NCBI GenBank assembly: GCA_022787565.1
Contig: JALFVN010000073.1
Coordinates: 24,265-88,264 of the forward strand
Length of the DNA stretch: 64,000 nt
Direction: 5' to 3'
Source of the DNA: Clostridiales bacterium
Lineage (GTDB): Bacteria; Bacillota; Clostridia; Oscillospirales; Oscillospiraceae
The translations under genes and the position numbers were made by a program. Positions 1 to 9,150 of the stretch are shown in pieces. Below the pieces are notes generated by a model that was not told where the DNA came from, searched no databases, and saw only the letters and a program-made list of their open reading frames with translations. Within the stretch, counting starts at the first letter, position 1, and each line of letters starts with the position of its first letter.

Positions 1-174
1 TTGCTGCAATGGATCGGCGCAAATCTTGGGACCATTCTCATCTGCCTTGTTTTACTTGCCATAGTTACCTTCATCATCCTCTACCTCGTCCGGCAGAAAA
101 AGCAGGGCAAGTCCTCCTGCGGCTGCAACTGTGCCCACTGCGCCATGCACGGTTCATGCCATAACATAAAATAA
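1..174 (+). CDS. FeoB-associated Cys-rich membrane protein (small; possibly 5'-partial at window edge)
   Basis: The in-frame read from nt 1 to TAA at 172-174 gives LLQWIGANLGTILICLVLLAIVTFIILYLVRQKKQGKSSCGCNCAHCAMHGSCHNIK. This is one TM helix plus a C-terminal Cys cluster, typical of the small FeoB-associated family. Confidence 0.7.
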   Translation: MLQWIGANLGTILICLVLLAIVTFIILYLVRQKKQGKSSCGCNCAHCAMHGSCHNIK

Positions 175-329
175 GGAAAAGGGAGAGATGCGAAAATGCC
201 GCGTCTCTCTGTTCAGAAAATAATTGGGCCGAAGATAGTCGGGACTGTCAAAACTTTGGGTTTGGCAGTCTCGACTATTTTATCAAGACGTGATATAATA
301 CACAAACTACTGCGAAAGAAGGAAAGAAG

Positions 330-2930
330 ATGAACGGTTCAGCGGATAGTCCGCCGAAAAAGCAGTTTTGCCTGGGCCTGATCGCCCATGTGGACGCGGG
401 GAAGACTACCTTGTCCGAGGCTATGCTGTACCTCTCCGGTAAGATCAAAAAGCTGGGCCGGGTGGACCACCGGGACAGCTTTCTGGACACCCACCGGCTG
501 GAACGGGAACGGGGAATCACCATCTTTTCAAAACAGGCCGTCATGCCTCTGGAAAACAGCACGGTATATTTGCTGGATACCCCCGGCCACGCGGACTTTT
601 CCGCCGAGGCGGAACGGACTTTGCAGATTTTGGACTACGCGGTGCTGGTCATCAGCGGGACCGATGGCGTTCAGGCCCATACGGAGACCCTGTGGCTTCT
701 GCTGGAGCGCTACCATGTGCCCTGCTTTCTTTTCGTGACAAAGATGGATCTGCCCGGTGCGGATGAAAAAAAGCTGATGGAACAGCTTCGCCGGGAGCTG
801 AGTGAGGGCTGTGTGGACTTCACCAACAGGGGAGAGGACTTCTTTGAAAAGCTGGCCCTCTGTGATGAGGCGGCCATGGAAAAATATCTTGATTCCGGCC
901 TCGGGGAGGACGATATCCCGGCCCTGATCCGCCAGCGGGCCCTGTTTCCCTGCTTTTTCGGCTCCGGGCTGAAAACGGAGGGGGTGGAGGAGCTTCTTGG
1001 CGCCATTGACCGCTATTGCCTCCCCGTGGAGGACAGCGGCGAATTTTCCGCCCGGGTGTTCAAGATTGCCAGGGACGCCCAGGGCAGCCGCATGACCTGG
1101 CTGAAGATCTGCGGCGGGGAACTGAAGGTCAGAACGCCCCTGCGCTATACCGACCAGAGCGGCGAGGAGCTGGAGGAAAAAATCAACCAGATCCGCCTGT
1201 ATTCCGGCAGCAAATTCGAGACTGCCGACACCGTACAGGCGGGGCAGGTCTGCGCTGTGCTGGGGCTCAGCGCCACGACTCCCGGCCAGGGTCTGGGCGC
1301 AGCGGATAAGGCGGAGGAGCCGGTGTTGGAGCCGGTTCTGAGCTACCGGATGATCCTCCCGGCCGGTACCGACCCGGCGGCTCTGCTGCCCAGACTGATG
1401 CAGCTGCAGGAGGAGGATCCCCAGCTCCATATCATGTGGAACGAGCGGACGCGGGATATCTCCGTGCAGCTCATGGGCAAGGTACAGACGGAGATTCTGA
1501 AAAGGCTCATTCAGGAGCGCTTCGACCTGGATGTAAGCTTTGACACGGGGCATATCATGTACCGGGAGACCATTGCGGACACAGTGGAGGGCGTGGGCCA
1601 TTTTGAGCCGCTGCGCCACTACGCCGAGGTGCATCTGCTGCTGGAACCCCTGCCCCGGGGCAGCGGACTGGTGCTGGAGAGCAGCTGCAGCGAGGATCAG
1701 CTGGACCGGAACTGGCAGCGGCTGATCCTGACCCATCTGGCGGAAAAAAAGCATCTGGGTGTGCTCACCGGCTCGCCGCTGACCGACGTGAAGATCACCC
1801 TGGCCGCGGGCAAAGCCCACCTTAAACACACCGAGGGGGGCGACTTCCGCCAGGCCACCTACCGGGCGGTGCGCCAGGGGCTGATGCAGGCGGAGAGCGT
1901 TCTGCTGGAGCCATACTACGCCTTTACCCTTACGGTGCCGCCGGAGCAGATCGGCAGGGCCATCAACGATCTTCGGGCCATGGACGCGGAGTTTTCCTCC
2001 CCGGAGGATGCAGGCGGCATGAGCCGGATCGAGGGCAGCGCCCCGGTTCGCAGCCTTGCCGGTTATATGAACGAGCTTGCGGCCTATTCCCACGGCCGTG
2101 GCCGCCTTTTCCTCCGCCCTGACGGGTACAGGCCCTGCAAAAACAGCGATAGCGTGATCAGAGAATACGGCTACGATGCGGAGAGCGACGCGGATAACCC
2201 GGCCGACTCGGTGTTCTGCGCCCACGGCGCGGGCTTCAATGTGAAGTGGAACCAGGTGGCTGACTACATGCACCTGGAAAGCTGTCTGAAAAGGGAAGCT
2301 GCCCCGGAGCCTGCCGCCCCGGTATTCCGCCGCAGTCTGGACATCGACGAGCGGGAGCTGGAGGCCATCATGGAGCGGGAGTTCGGCCCCATCCGGCGCC
2401 GGGAATACCGGGCCCCGGAGAGAAACGAGGCCCCGGCACCGCCGCCTGCGGAAACCAAAAAGGAATATATTCTTGTGGACGGATACAATGTGATCTTTGC
2501 CTGGGACTCTCTGAAGGCCCTGGCAAAGGAACGGCTGGACCTGGCCCGGGGACGACTGATGGACATGCTCTCCAACTACTGCGGATTTACCCGCGCAGAG
2601 CTGGTGCTGGTGTTCGACGGCTACCGCAGCCCGGGAAACCCCGGCTCCAGAACCGAGTATCACAATATCCATGTGGCCTATACCAAAGACGGGGAGACGG
2701 CTGACGCCTATATCGAGCGGCTGGCCAACGACATCGGCAAAAACTATTCCGTGCGGGTCATCACCAGCGACAATCTGATCCGCCTGTCCGCCCTGCGCTC
2801 CGGCGTGCTGCGCACCTCCTCCAAGGAGTTTGCGGGCGAGGTGGACTGGGTGCTGGAGCAGATCGAGGCAGTGCTGCGCCGGAGCAATCCGGACCCGCAC
2901 AAGACGAGGCTGAAGGATGGAAAACAATGA
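330..2930 (+). CDS. Translation-factor GTPase (EF-G/TetM-like) fused to a C-terminal YacP/Rae1-type NYN domain
   Basis: 866-aa ORF with a GAAGGAAAG RBS. GTPase motifs present: G1 AHVDAGKT, G2 RGITI, G3 DTPGH, G4 TKMD. The EF-G-like body is ~640 aa, followed by a Pro/Ala/Glu-rich linker. The last ~170 aa carry NYN signatures ILVDGYNVIFAW, LVFDGY and VITSDN. Confidence 0.8.
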   Translation: MNGSADSPPKKQFCLGLIAHVDAGKTTLSEAMLYLSGKIKKLGRVDHRDSFLDTHRLERERGITIFSKQAVMPLENSTVYLLDTPGHADFSAEAERTLQILDYAVLVISGTDGVQAHTETLWLLLERYHVPCFLFVTKMDLPGADEKKLMEQLRRELSEGCVDFTNRGEDFFEKLALCDEAAMEKYLDSGLGEDDIPALIRQRALFPCFFGSGLKTEGVEELLGAIDRYCLPVEDSGEFSARVFKIARDAQGSRMTWLKICGGELKVRTPLRYTDQSGEELEEKINQIRLYSGSKFETADTVQAGQVCAVLGLSATTPGQGLGAADKAEEPVLEPVLSYRMILPAGTDPAALLPRLMQLQEEDPQLHIMWNERTRDISVQLMGKVQTEILKRLIQERFDLDVSFDTGHIMYRETIADTVEGVGHFEPLRHYAEVHLLLEPLPRGSGLVLESSCSEDQLDRNWQRLILTHLAEKKHLGVLTGSPLTDVKITLAAGKAHLKHTEGGDFRQATYRAVRQGLMQAESVLLEPYYAFTLTVPPEQIGRAINDLRAMDAEFSSPEDAGGMSRIEGSAPVRSLAGYMNELAAYSHGRGRLFLRPDGYRPCKNSDSVIREYGYDAESDADNPADSVFCAHGAGFNVKWNQVADYMHLESCLKREAAPEPAAPVFRRSLDIDERELEAIMEREFGPIRRREYRAPERNEAPAPPPAETKKEYILVDGYNVIFAWDSLKALAKERLDLARGRLMDMLSNYCGFTRAELVLVFDGYRSPGNPGSRTEYHNIHVAYTKDGETADAYIERLANDIGKNYSVRVITSDNLIRLSALRSGVLRTSSKEFAGEVDWVLEQIEAVLRRSNPDPHKTRLKDGKQ

Positions 2931-3663
2931 ACTTCTGAAACGGGCGGAGGACCTCTGCACCCGCTGCGAGCGGACGGCCAGTCTGACCTCCACCGGCTTT
3001 CTCACCCCGGCGGAGCGTTACAGCCTGGAAAACTGGGCAAAGCGCCGGGCTGACTGCAATCTGGTGTTCAGCGGCGGTCGGGAGGAGTGCGAGCGCACAG
3101 TGGCCTTCTTCCTGCCCTACTATATGGAGAAGGAGTACTTCTCCCCGGAGGAATACATCCGGGCCATTGAACTGAAAGCCTTTTTCGGCGTCCCGGGCCA
3201 CCGGGACTATATGGGCGCCCTGCTGGGCATGGGCATCGGCCGGGAGTGGCTGGGGGATATCTGGGTCATGGAGGATAAAGCCTGTATCTTCTGCCTGCCC
3301 AGCGTCCTGCGTCACCTGCTCAGCATCGAGAAGGTGGGCAGGTACACGGTGAAAGCCAGGGAAATCACCCTGAATGAGGTACCGGCCCCGGAGCGAAAGG
3401 TGAAGCAAGTGAGCTTTTCCGTCATGAGTATGCGGCTGGACGCGGTGGCGGCGGGGATGTTCAACCTGTCCCGCACCGAGGCCGCAAAGCAGATAACTGC
3501 CGGGAACCTGAGCCTGAACTACAGCGTCACGGACAGGACCGACGCCCCGATCCGCGAGGGGGATATTCTCTCCCTTCGGGGCGCAGGCAAGGGCACCGTC
3601 ACCGGCACCGGCGGCACCTCCCGCAAAGGGCGGCTTTTTGTGTATGCGGAGATATACAAATGA
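2917..3663 (+). CDS. ylmH: YlmH-like RNA-binding protein with C-terminal S4 domain
   Basis: 248-aa ORF whose ATG overlaps the upstream gene by 14 nt. It has an S4-like C-terminal segment (RLDAVAAGMFNLSRTEAAKQITAGNLSLNY...GDILSLRGAGKG) and an N-terminal YlmH-like layout. Confidence 0.65.
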   Translation: MENNELLKRAEDLCTRCERTASLTSTGFLTPAERYSLENWAKRRADCNLVFSGGREECERTVAFFLPYYMEKEYFSPEEYIRAIELKAFFGVPGHRDYMGALLGMGIGREWLGDIWVMEDKACIFCLPSVLRHLLSIEKVGRYTVKAREITLNEVPAPERKVKQVSFSVMSMRLDAVAAGMFNLSRTEAAKQITAGNLSLNYSVTDRTDAPIREGDILSLRGAGKGTVTGTGGTSRKGRLFVYAEIYK

Positions 3664-3697
3664 ACTGACCATATCGTTCACGACATTTGCAAAAAGC

Positions 3698-3790
3698 TTG
3701 TCATTCTGAGGAACGCAGCGACGAAAAATCCCGTAATTAGAACATTCAGCGTTACCCCACGGGATGCTTCGCCTGCGCTCAGGATGACAG
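3698..3790. repeat. Family-A MITE-like repeat (TGTCATyCTGAG ... CTCAGGATGACA inverted ends)
   Basis: ~93-bp element with inverted termini tgtcattctgagg / ctcaggatgaca. Related copies lie at 52731-52824 and 62315-62418, with a split copy at 55861/56044. Confidence 0.8.
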
Positions 3791-3811
3791 ATGATATAAG
3801 GAGGAAAAAAT

Positions 3812-5029
3812 ATGAAAGCATACGAAAGATTTTTAAATTACGTCAGGGTACACACCGCCAGCGCCGAGGACACGGAGCAGACGCCCACCACCGCCTGCCA
3901 GTTTGAGCTGACCCACCTGCTGGCAAAGGAGATGGGCGAGCTGGGTATGGAGGGCGTGTACGAGGACGAGAACGCCTATGTCTACGGCTTCATCCCCGCC
4001 AGCGAGGGGCTGGAGGACAAGCCCTGTGTGGGCTTTATCGCCCATCTGGACACCATCCCCGATTTTTGCGGTGAGAACGTGCAGCCCCGGCTCATTGAAA
4101 ACTATGACGGCGGCGACGTGGTGCTGGGCGACAGCGGCCGGGTCCTGTCTGCGGAGAAATTCCCCCATCTGGCCTCCCTCAAAGGCCAGACCCTGATCGT
4201 CACCGACGGCACCACCGTTCTGGGGGCCGACGACAAGGCGGGAATCGCCGCCGTCATGGCCGCCTGTGAGCGTATCCTGAAAGAGAACATCCCCCACGGC
4301 AGAATTGCCGTCTGCTTCACCCCGGACGAGGAGGTGGGCCACGGCGCGGCCCTGCTGGATCTTCAGCGCCTGGGGGCGGACTTTGCCTACACCATAGACG
4401 GCGGAGAGCTGAACGTGATCAACTACGAGACCTTCAACGCCGCCGCCGCCAAGTGGGATATCGAGGGCTTCAACATCCACCCCGGCGACGCCAAGGGCAA
4501 GATGATCAACGCCTGTCTGGTGGCTATGGAGATCAACGCCATGCTCCCCTCCGGCGAGATCCCCGGAAAGACCGAGGACCACGAGGGCTTCTTCCACCTG
4601 ACGGATATGGGCGGCAGCGTGGAGAAGGCCTTCCTCAGCTACATCATCCGGGATCACGACGCGGGCTGCTTTGAGGCGAGAAAAAAGACCATGCGCCTCA
4701 TCGAAAAGCTCATCAACGAAAAGTATGGTGAGGGTACCGCCAAACTCAGCATTCGTGAGCAGTACCGCAACATGGCGGAAAAGCTGGCAGACCGCATGGA
4801 GATCGTGGACATGGCAAAGCGGGCCATCGCCCGGGAAGGACTGGAGCCTGCCGCCGCGCCCATCCGGGGCGGCACCGACGGGGCGCAGCTCTCCTTCCGT
4901 GGGCTTTTGTGCCCCAATATCGGCACCGGCGGCTACTGCTTCCACGGCCCTTATGAGCACATCACGGCGGAGCATCTGGACACGGCTGCAAATATTGTAC
5001 TGAATATCATCGACGAAATTATAAAGTAA
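3812..5029 (+). CDS. pepT: Peptidase T (tripeptide aminopeptidase, M20B)
   Basis: 405-aa ORF with AAGGAGGA RBS. Begins MKAYERFLNYVRVHT and contains HLDT and GADDKAG motifs typical of PepT. Confidence 0.9.
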   Translation: MKAYERFLNYVRVHTASAEDTEQTPTTACQFELTHLLAKEMGELGMEGVYEDENAYVYGFIPASEGLEDKPCVGFIAHLDTIPDFCGENVQPRLIENYDGGDVVLGDSGRVLSAEKFPHLASLKGQTLIVTDGTTVLGADDKAGIAAVMAACERILKENIPHGRIAVCFTPDEEVGHGAALLDLQRLGADFAYTIDGGELNVINYETFNAAAAKWDIEGFNIHPGDAKGKMINACLVAMEINAMLPSGEIPGKTEDHEGFFHLTDMGGSVEKAFLSYIIRDHDAGCFEARKKTMRLIEKLINEKYGEGTAKLSIREQYRNMAEKLADRMEIVDMAKRAIAREGLEPAAAPIRGGTDGAQLSFRGLLCPNIGTGGYCFHGPYEHITAEHLDTAANIVLNIIDEIIK

Positions 5030-5042
5030 GGGAGGATGCGGC

Positions 5043-6335
5043 ATGGAGGCAAGGCTTGGCGCAAGGAAATGGGCGGCGCTTATTCTCATCGGCCTGTTCG
5101 GCCAGTTTGCGTGGACCATTGAGAACATGTATTTCAATGTTTTTTTGTATAATACCATCTCCACAGACCCGGGCTATATCGCCTCCATGGTGGGCTGGTC
5201 TGCCGCCGCCGCCACGGTGACGACCCTGCTGATGGGCGCGCTGTCCGACCGGGTGGGAAAGCGGAAGGTATTTATCTCCGCAGGCTACCTTCTGTGGGGC
5301 CTGTCCACGGCGGCCTTCGGTTTCATCACCCCGGAAAACGCCGCACGGCTCTTTCCGGGGGCCAACGCTGCCGCTGCCGCCGCCACCATGGTGGTCATTC
5401 TGGACTGCGTGATGACCTTTTTCGGCAGCACCGCCAACGACGGGGCCTTCAACGCCTATGTCACCGACGTCACCAACGAGAAGAACCGGGGGCGTGCAGA
5501 GAGCGTTCTCGCCATTCTGCCTTTGATCTCCATGCTGATCATCTTCGGGTTGTTTGACGGACTGACCCAACAGGGCAGATGGAGGGAGTTTTTCGGCATC
5601 TTCGGCGTCTCCGTTTCGGCGGTGGGCCTGATCTCCGCCTTTCTGGTGAGGGATGAGCCGGGGCTGAAGCCCCGCCGGGACAGCTATTTCAAAAACCTGC
5701 TCTACGGACTGCGCCCCGCCGTTGCCCGGAAAAACCCGGAGCTCTACCTGTCCTTTGCCGCCTTCTGCCTGTTTTCCGTGGCGGTGCAGGTGTTCTTCCC
5801 CTATCTGATCATCTACATTCAAAACTATCTGGGCATAACGGACTACGCCATCATTCTGGGCGTGGTGCTCATTGCCGCCTCCGTGGTCAGCGTGGTCTCC
5901 GGACGATTTATCGACAGAATGGGCAAGCTCCGCTTCACCCTCCCCGCTGCCCTTGTCATGCTTGCGGGGCTGGTAGGGATGTACTTTGTGCGAAAGGGCG
6001 CGGGCGTCATGCTCGCCGGCTCCGTAATGATGAGCGGCTATATGATGATGACCGCCGCCCTCAGCGCCAATATCCGGGACTGGACGCCGGAAGGGAAGGT
6101 GGGCCACTTCCAGGGCATCCGCATGATCTTCGCGGTGCTGCTCCCCATGATCATTGGCCCCTCCATCGGCGCCGCCGTCATCCGGGGCAGCAACAGCACC
6201 TATATTGAGCTGGGCCAGGTCAAATCTGTGCCCACCCCCGGCATCTATCTGGCAGCGGCAGCGGTGCTGCTGCTGACGGCGCTGCCCGTTCTTCTTCTGC
6301 GCCGCCGAGAGAGGAGAAACAAAAATGAGAGCTGA
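5043..6335 (+). CDS. MFS transporter
   Basis: 430-aa polytopic membrane ORF with MFS motif-A-like GALSDRVGKRK and an AGGGAGGA RBS. Confidence 0.8.
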   Translation: MEARLGARKWAALILIGLFGQFAWTIENMYFNVFLYNTISTDPGYIASMVGWSAAAATVTTLLMGALSDRVGKRKVFISAGYLLWGLSTAAFGFITPENAARLFPGANAAAAAATMVVILDCVMTFFGSTANDGAFNAYVTDVTNEKNRGRAESVLAILPLISMLIIFGLFDGLTQQGRWREFFGIFGVSVSAVGLISAFLVRDEPGLKPRRDSYFKNLLYGLRPAVARKNPELYLSFAAFCLFSVAVQVFFPYLIIYIQNYLGITDYAIILGVVLIAASVVSVVSGRFIDRMGKLRFTLPAALVMLAGLVGMYFVRKGAGVMLAGSVMMSGYMMMTAALSANIRDWTPEGKVGHFQGIRMIFAVLLPMIIGPSIGAAVIRGSNSTYIELGQVKSVPTPGIYLAAAAVLLLTALPVLLLRRRERRNKNES

Positions 6336-6927
6336 AATGCCCATCGTCAAAAGCCGGGAGGAACTGGACAAGGCCCCGATGATCTCCATTGAAAACTACC
6401 TGTGGCTGGAGGGCTATGCGCCGGAGGTCACGGTCCGGGGCGTGTATGTGGAAAAACAAGGATTTCTGATCGAGATGAAATGTCTTGAAAAATCTCCCAA
6501 GGCGGTGTATACTGTGCAGGATTCGCCTGTCTGCCGGGACAGCTGCATGGAGTTTTTTGTGAACTTCTCGCCGGAGACAGATGACCGATACATCAATTTT
6601 GAGGCCAACGCCAAGGGCGCGCTCCACTGCAAGATCGGTCCCGGGCGGGGAAACAGGATCCCCCTGGCCTCCCTCCCCATCCCCCAGCCGGAGCTCTCTG
6701 CTTTTGTGGAGGAGGACAGCTGGCGCACGGTGCTTTTTGTGCCTCTGGGCTGCATCCAGGCGCTCTACGGGCGGGGCGAATATCATAGCGGCGACCGGTT
6801 CCGCGCCAATTTCTACAAATGCGGCGACGAGACGGAGACGCCCCATTACGGCGCGTGGAGTTATATCGACCTGCCCAGCCCCGATTTCCACAGGCCGGAA
6901 TTTTTCGGAGAGATAGAATTAACATGA
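6325..6927 (+). CDS. Carbohydrate-binding family 9-like (DOMON-like) cytoplasmic protein
   Basis: 200-aa ORF overlapping the MFS stop. Segments YLWLEGYAPE...CLEKSPKAVYT...DSCMEFFVNFSPE...YINFEANAKGAL resemble the ~200-aa CBM9-like family. Confidence 0.55.
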   Translation: MRAEMPIVKSREELDKAPMISIENYLWLEGYAPEVTVRGVYVEKQGFLIEMKCLEKSPKAVYTVQDSPVCRDSCMEFFVNFSPETDDRYINFEANAKGALHCKIGPGRGNRIPLASLPIPQPELSAFVEEDSWRTVLFVPLGCIQALYGRGEYHSGDRFRANFYKCGDETETPHYGAWSYIDLPSPDFHRPEFFGEIELT

Positions 6928-7988
6928 AAGAAGCGATCTACCACTTTCCCGTTGAGGGAAGCCCGCTGAGCTGCGAGCAGATCAAAAGCGGACACATCAA
7001 CGAGACTTATCTGATCACCACCGACACAGGAGCCCGGTATATCCTCCAGTGGATCAACCGCTATGTATTCCCCAACGTGGAAGCCATCATGAACAATATG
7101 TCCGCCATCAGCCAGTTCCTGCGGAAAAAAGAGCATGGCAGAATGTGCATGATCAGCTACATAGACACCCTTGACGGACACAGTTATTATGACGACGGAA
7201 AAGGCGGCTGCTGGCGCATCTACCGCTTTGTGGACAACAGCATCTGCCTGCAGAGAGCTGAGAGGCCCGAGGATTTTTATGAGAGTGCCGTAGCCTTCGG
7301 CCGTTTTCAGAACGCCCTGAACGATTTTCCGGCGGAAAAGCTGGAGGAGACCATTGCCCATTTTCACGACACCGTTGACCGCTACCGCCAGCTGCGGGAG
7401 GCCATTGCCGCCGATGCCTGCGGCCGCCTGAGCGAGGTACAGCCCGAGGTGGATTTCCTGATGGAGCGGGAGGAAAAGGGCTGCCGGCTCCACCATATGC
7501 GGGAGAGCGGTCAGCTCCCCACAAGAGTGACCCATAACGACACCAAGATCAATAACGTCCTTCTGGACGCGGACAGCCGCAAGGCGCTGTGCGTGATCGA
7601 CCTGGATACCGTTATGCCCGGCCTGTCTGTGTTTGATTTCGGCGACGCCATCCGTTTCGGCGCCTCCACTGCGGCGGAGGATGAGCCGGATTTGCGCAAG
7701 GTCTCTCTGGATCTGGAGCTGTTCCGGGTCTTTACCCGGGGCTTTGCGGAAGCCTGCCCCGCGCTGACGGCGGAGGAGATCAACGCTTTGCAGCTGGGGG
7801 CCTATACCATGACCCTGGAATGCGGCTTGCGCTTTCTCACCGACTATTTAAACGGTGATAAATACTTCTCCATCGACCGGGAAAAGCACAACCTGGACCG
7901 GGCCCGGACCCAGTTCAAACTGGTACAGGACATGGAACAAAAATGGGACGAAATGGCCCGCATCGTCGAAGAAGAAACAAAAAAGTGA
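6924..7988 (+). CDS. Aminoglycoside-phosphotransferase-fold sugar kinase, N-acetylhexosamine 1-kinase-like
   Basis: ATGA overlap with the upstream stop; the ORF-track start at 6819 is rejected as an extension. It has the kinase catalytic loop THNDTKINNVLLD and the IDLDT metal-binding motif. Size is ~355 aa. Confidence 0.6.
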   Translation: MKEAIYHFPVEGSPLSCEQIKSGHINETYLITTDTGARYILQWINRYVFPNVEAIMNNMSAISQFLRKKEHGRMCMISYIDTLDGHSYYDDGKGGCWRIYRFVDNSICLQRAERPEDFYESAVAFGRFQNALNDFPAEKLEETIAHFHDTVDRYRQLREAIAADACGRLSEVQPEVDFLMEREEKGCRLHHMRESGQLPTRVTHNDTKINNVLLDADSRKALCVIDLDTVMPGLSVFDFGDAIRFGASTAAEDEPDLRKVSLDLELFRVFTRGFAEACPALTAEEINALQLGAYTMTLECGLRFLTDYLNGDKYFSIDREKHNLDRARTQFKLVQDMEQKWDEMARIVEEETKK

Positions 7989-7999
7989 AGAAAAGTATT

Positions 8000-8034
8000 C
8001 GCCCGTGGCAATTTAATTGCCACGGGCATTTTTT
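8000..8034 (+). terminator. Rho-independent terminator after the kinase gene
   Basis: gcccgtggcaatt-taa-attgccacgggc followed by a T-run. Confidence 0.75.
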
Positions 8035-8049
8035 CTGTTCTCACGCTTC

Positions 8050-9072
8050 TTATTTTCCCAGCCACACCTTGTCTGCGGTAATGTCCTTCAGACTGGCGGC
8101 GCCGCACATGGTCATGGTGGACTTCAGCTCGCCCACGATCTTGTCCATGTACACCTTGAAGCCCTCTTCTCCGCCGCCGTAGATCATGTTCAGGATGGGG
8201 CGGCCGATGAGCACCGCGTCAGCGCCCAGAGCCAGCGCGCGGAACACGTCCACGCCGGAACGGATGCCGCCGTCCACCAGAATGACGGTCTTGCCCTTGA
8301 CGGCCTTGACGATGGCGGGGAGCACTTCCGCAGTGGAGGGAGTGCTGCCCTGGACCCGGCCGCCGTGGTTGGAGACCACAATGGCGTCTGCGCCGGCCTC
8401 AACAGCCTTCAGGGCTCCTGCCGGAGTCATGATGCCTTTGACAATGAAGGGCATTTTGGCGTAATTGATAATCTCTTTCATTTCCTCCACGGACTTGCTG
8501 CCCGCGTTGGGGTTCATGGCCTTCAGGAAAGGCAGGCCGGCGCCGTCCACGTCCATGGCCGCGGCGAAAATGTTATTCTCATTCAGAATATCCAGCTTCT
8601 CAAACACAAACTCCTTGTTCCAGGGCTTGATGGTGGGGCAGCCGATGCCCTCGTATTTGACCATGTCCGCCGCGGCGCTTTTCATGATGTCCGGGTCCAC
8701 ACCGTCGCCGGTGAGGGCCATAACGCCGTATTCATAGGCGGCCTTGATGAGAACGGCGTTATACTGCTGGTCCTTGTATTTGGGGCCGTAGTGCATATCC
8801 ACCGCGCCCAGCGGGGCGGCGAAGATAGGGGCGCTGAACTTCCTGCCGAACATCTCGAAGGAGACGTCGGGATCGGCATTGGGACAGAGGGTATCCATGT
8901 TGACACAGATCTCCTGCCACTTGTCAAAGTTCCTTGCCGCCACGTTGCCGGGGTATTTGCAGCCGGGACCGGGCATGGCGTTTCCGCAGGCGCGTCCGTT
9001 GCAGACAGGGCAGGCCTTGCAGTAAGGGCCGATGCACTCTCTGGCTGCGGCGAGTATCTCATTGTAATTCAT
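8050..9072 (-). CDS. FMN-dependent alpha-hydroxy-acid-oxidizing/dehydrogenase family protein with N-terminal Cys cluster
   Basis: 340 aa with a TIM-barrel FMN signature (VSNHGGR, VDGGIRSG, GADAVLIGRP). The N-terminus has CIGPYCKACPVCNGRAC (CX4CX2CX2CX4C). Confidence 0.75.
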   Translation of the reverse strand: MNYNEILAAARECIGPYCKACPVCNGRACGNAMPGPGCKYPGNVAARNFDKWQEICVNMDTLCPNADPDVSFEMFGRKFSAPIFAAPLGAVDMHYGPKYKDQQYNAVLIKAAYEYGVMALTGDGVDPDIMKSAAADMVKYEGIGCPTIKPWNKEFVFEKLDILNENNIFAAAMDVDGAGLPFLKAMNPNAGSKSVEEMKEIINYAKMPFIVKGIMTPAGALKAVEAGADAIVVSNHGGRVQGSTPSTAEVLPAIVKAVKGKTVILVDGGIRSGVDVFRALALGADAVLIGRPILNMIYGGGEEGFKVYMDKIVGELKSTMTMCGAASLKDITADKVWLGK

Positions 9073-9150
9073 AGTCTATTCTCCTTTATGTGTTTATAAT
9101 AATGCCATTGGCTTCATTATCAACCAAAAGCCGACGCTTGTCAACCCAAA

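Noticed and set aside
330-2930. Annotating the GTPase as a tetracycline-resistance ribosomal protection protein (TetM/TetO)
   Set aside because: Only general EF-G/TetM-like family resemblance can be seen. The C-terminal NYN fusion and the chromosomal housekeeping context argue against a resistance determinant. Resistance cannot be inferred without close identity to known Tet proteins.
528-3005. 825-aa minus-strand ORF covering the whole GTPase-NYN gene
   Set aside because: It is the mirror image of a well-supported plus-strand gene in high-GC DNA. The product is a low-complexity Gly/Ala/Arg/His/Leu/Gln-rich sequence with no recognisable motifs and no RBS. This is a typical antisense open-frame artefact.
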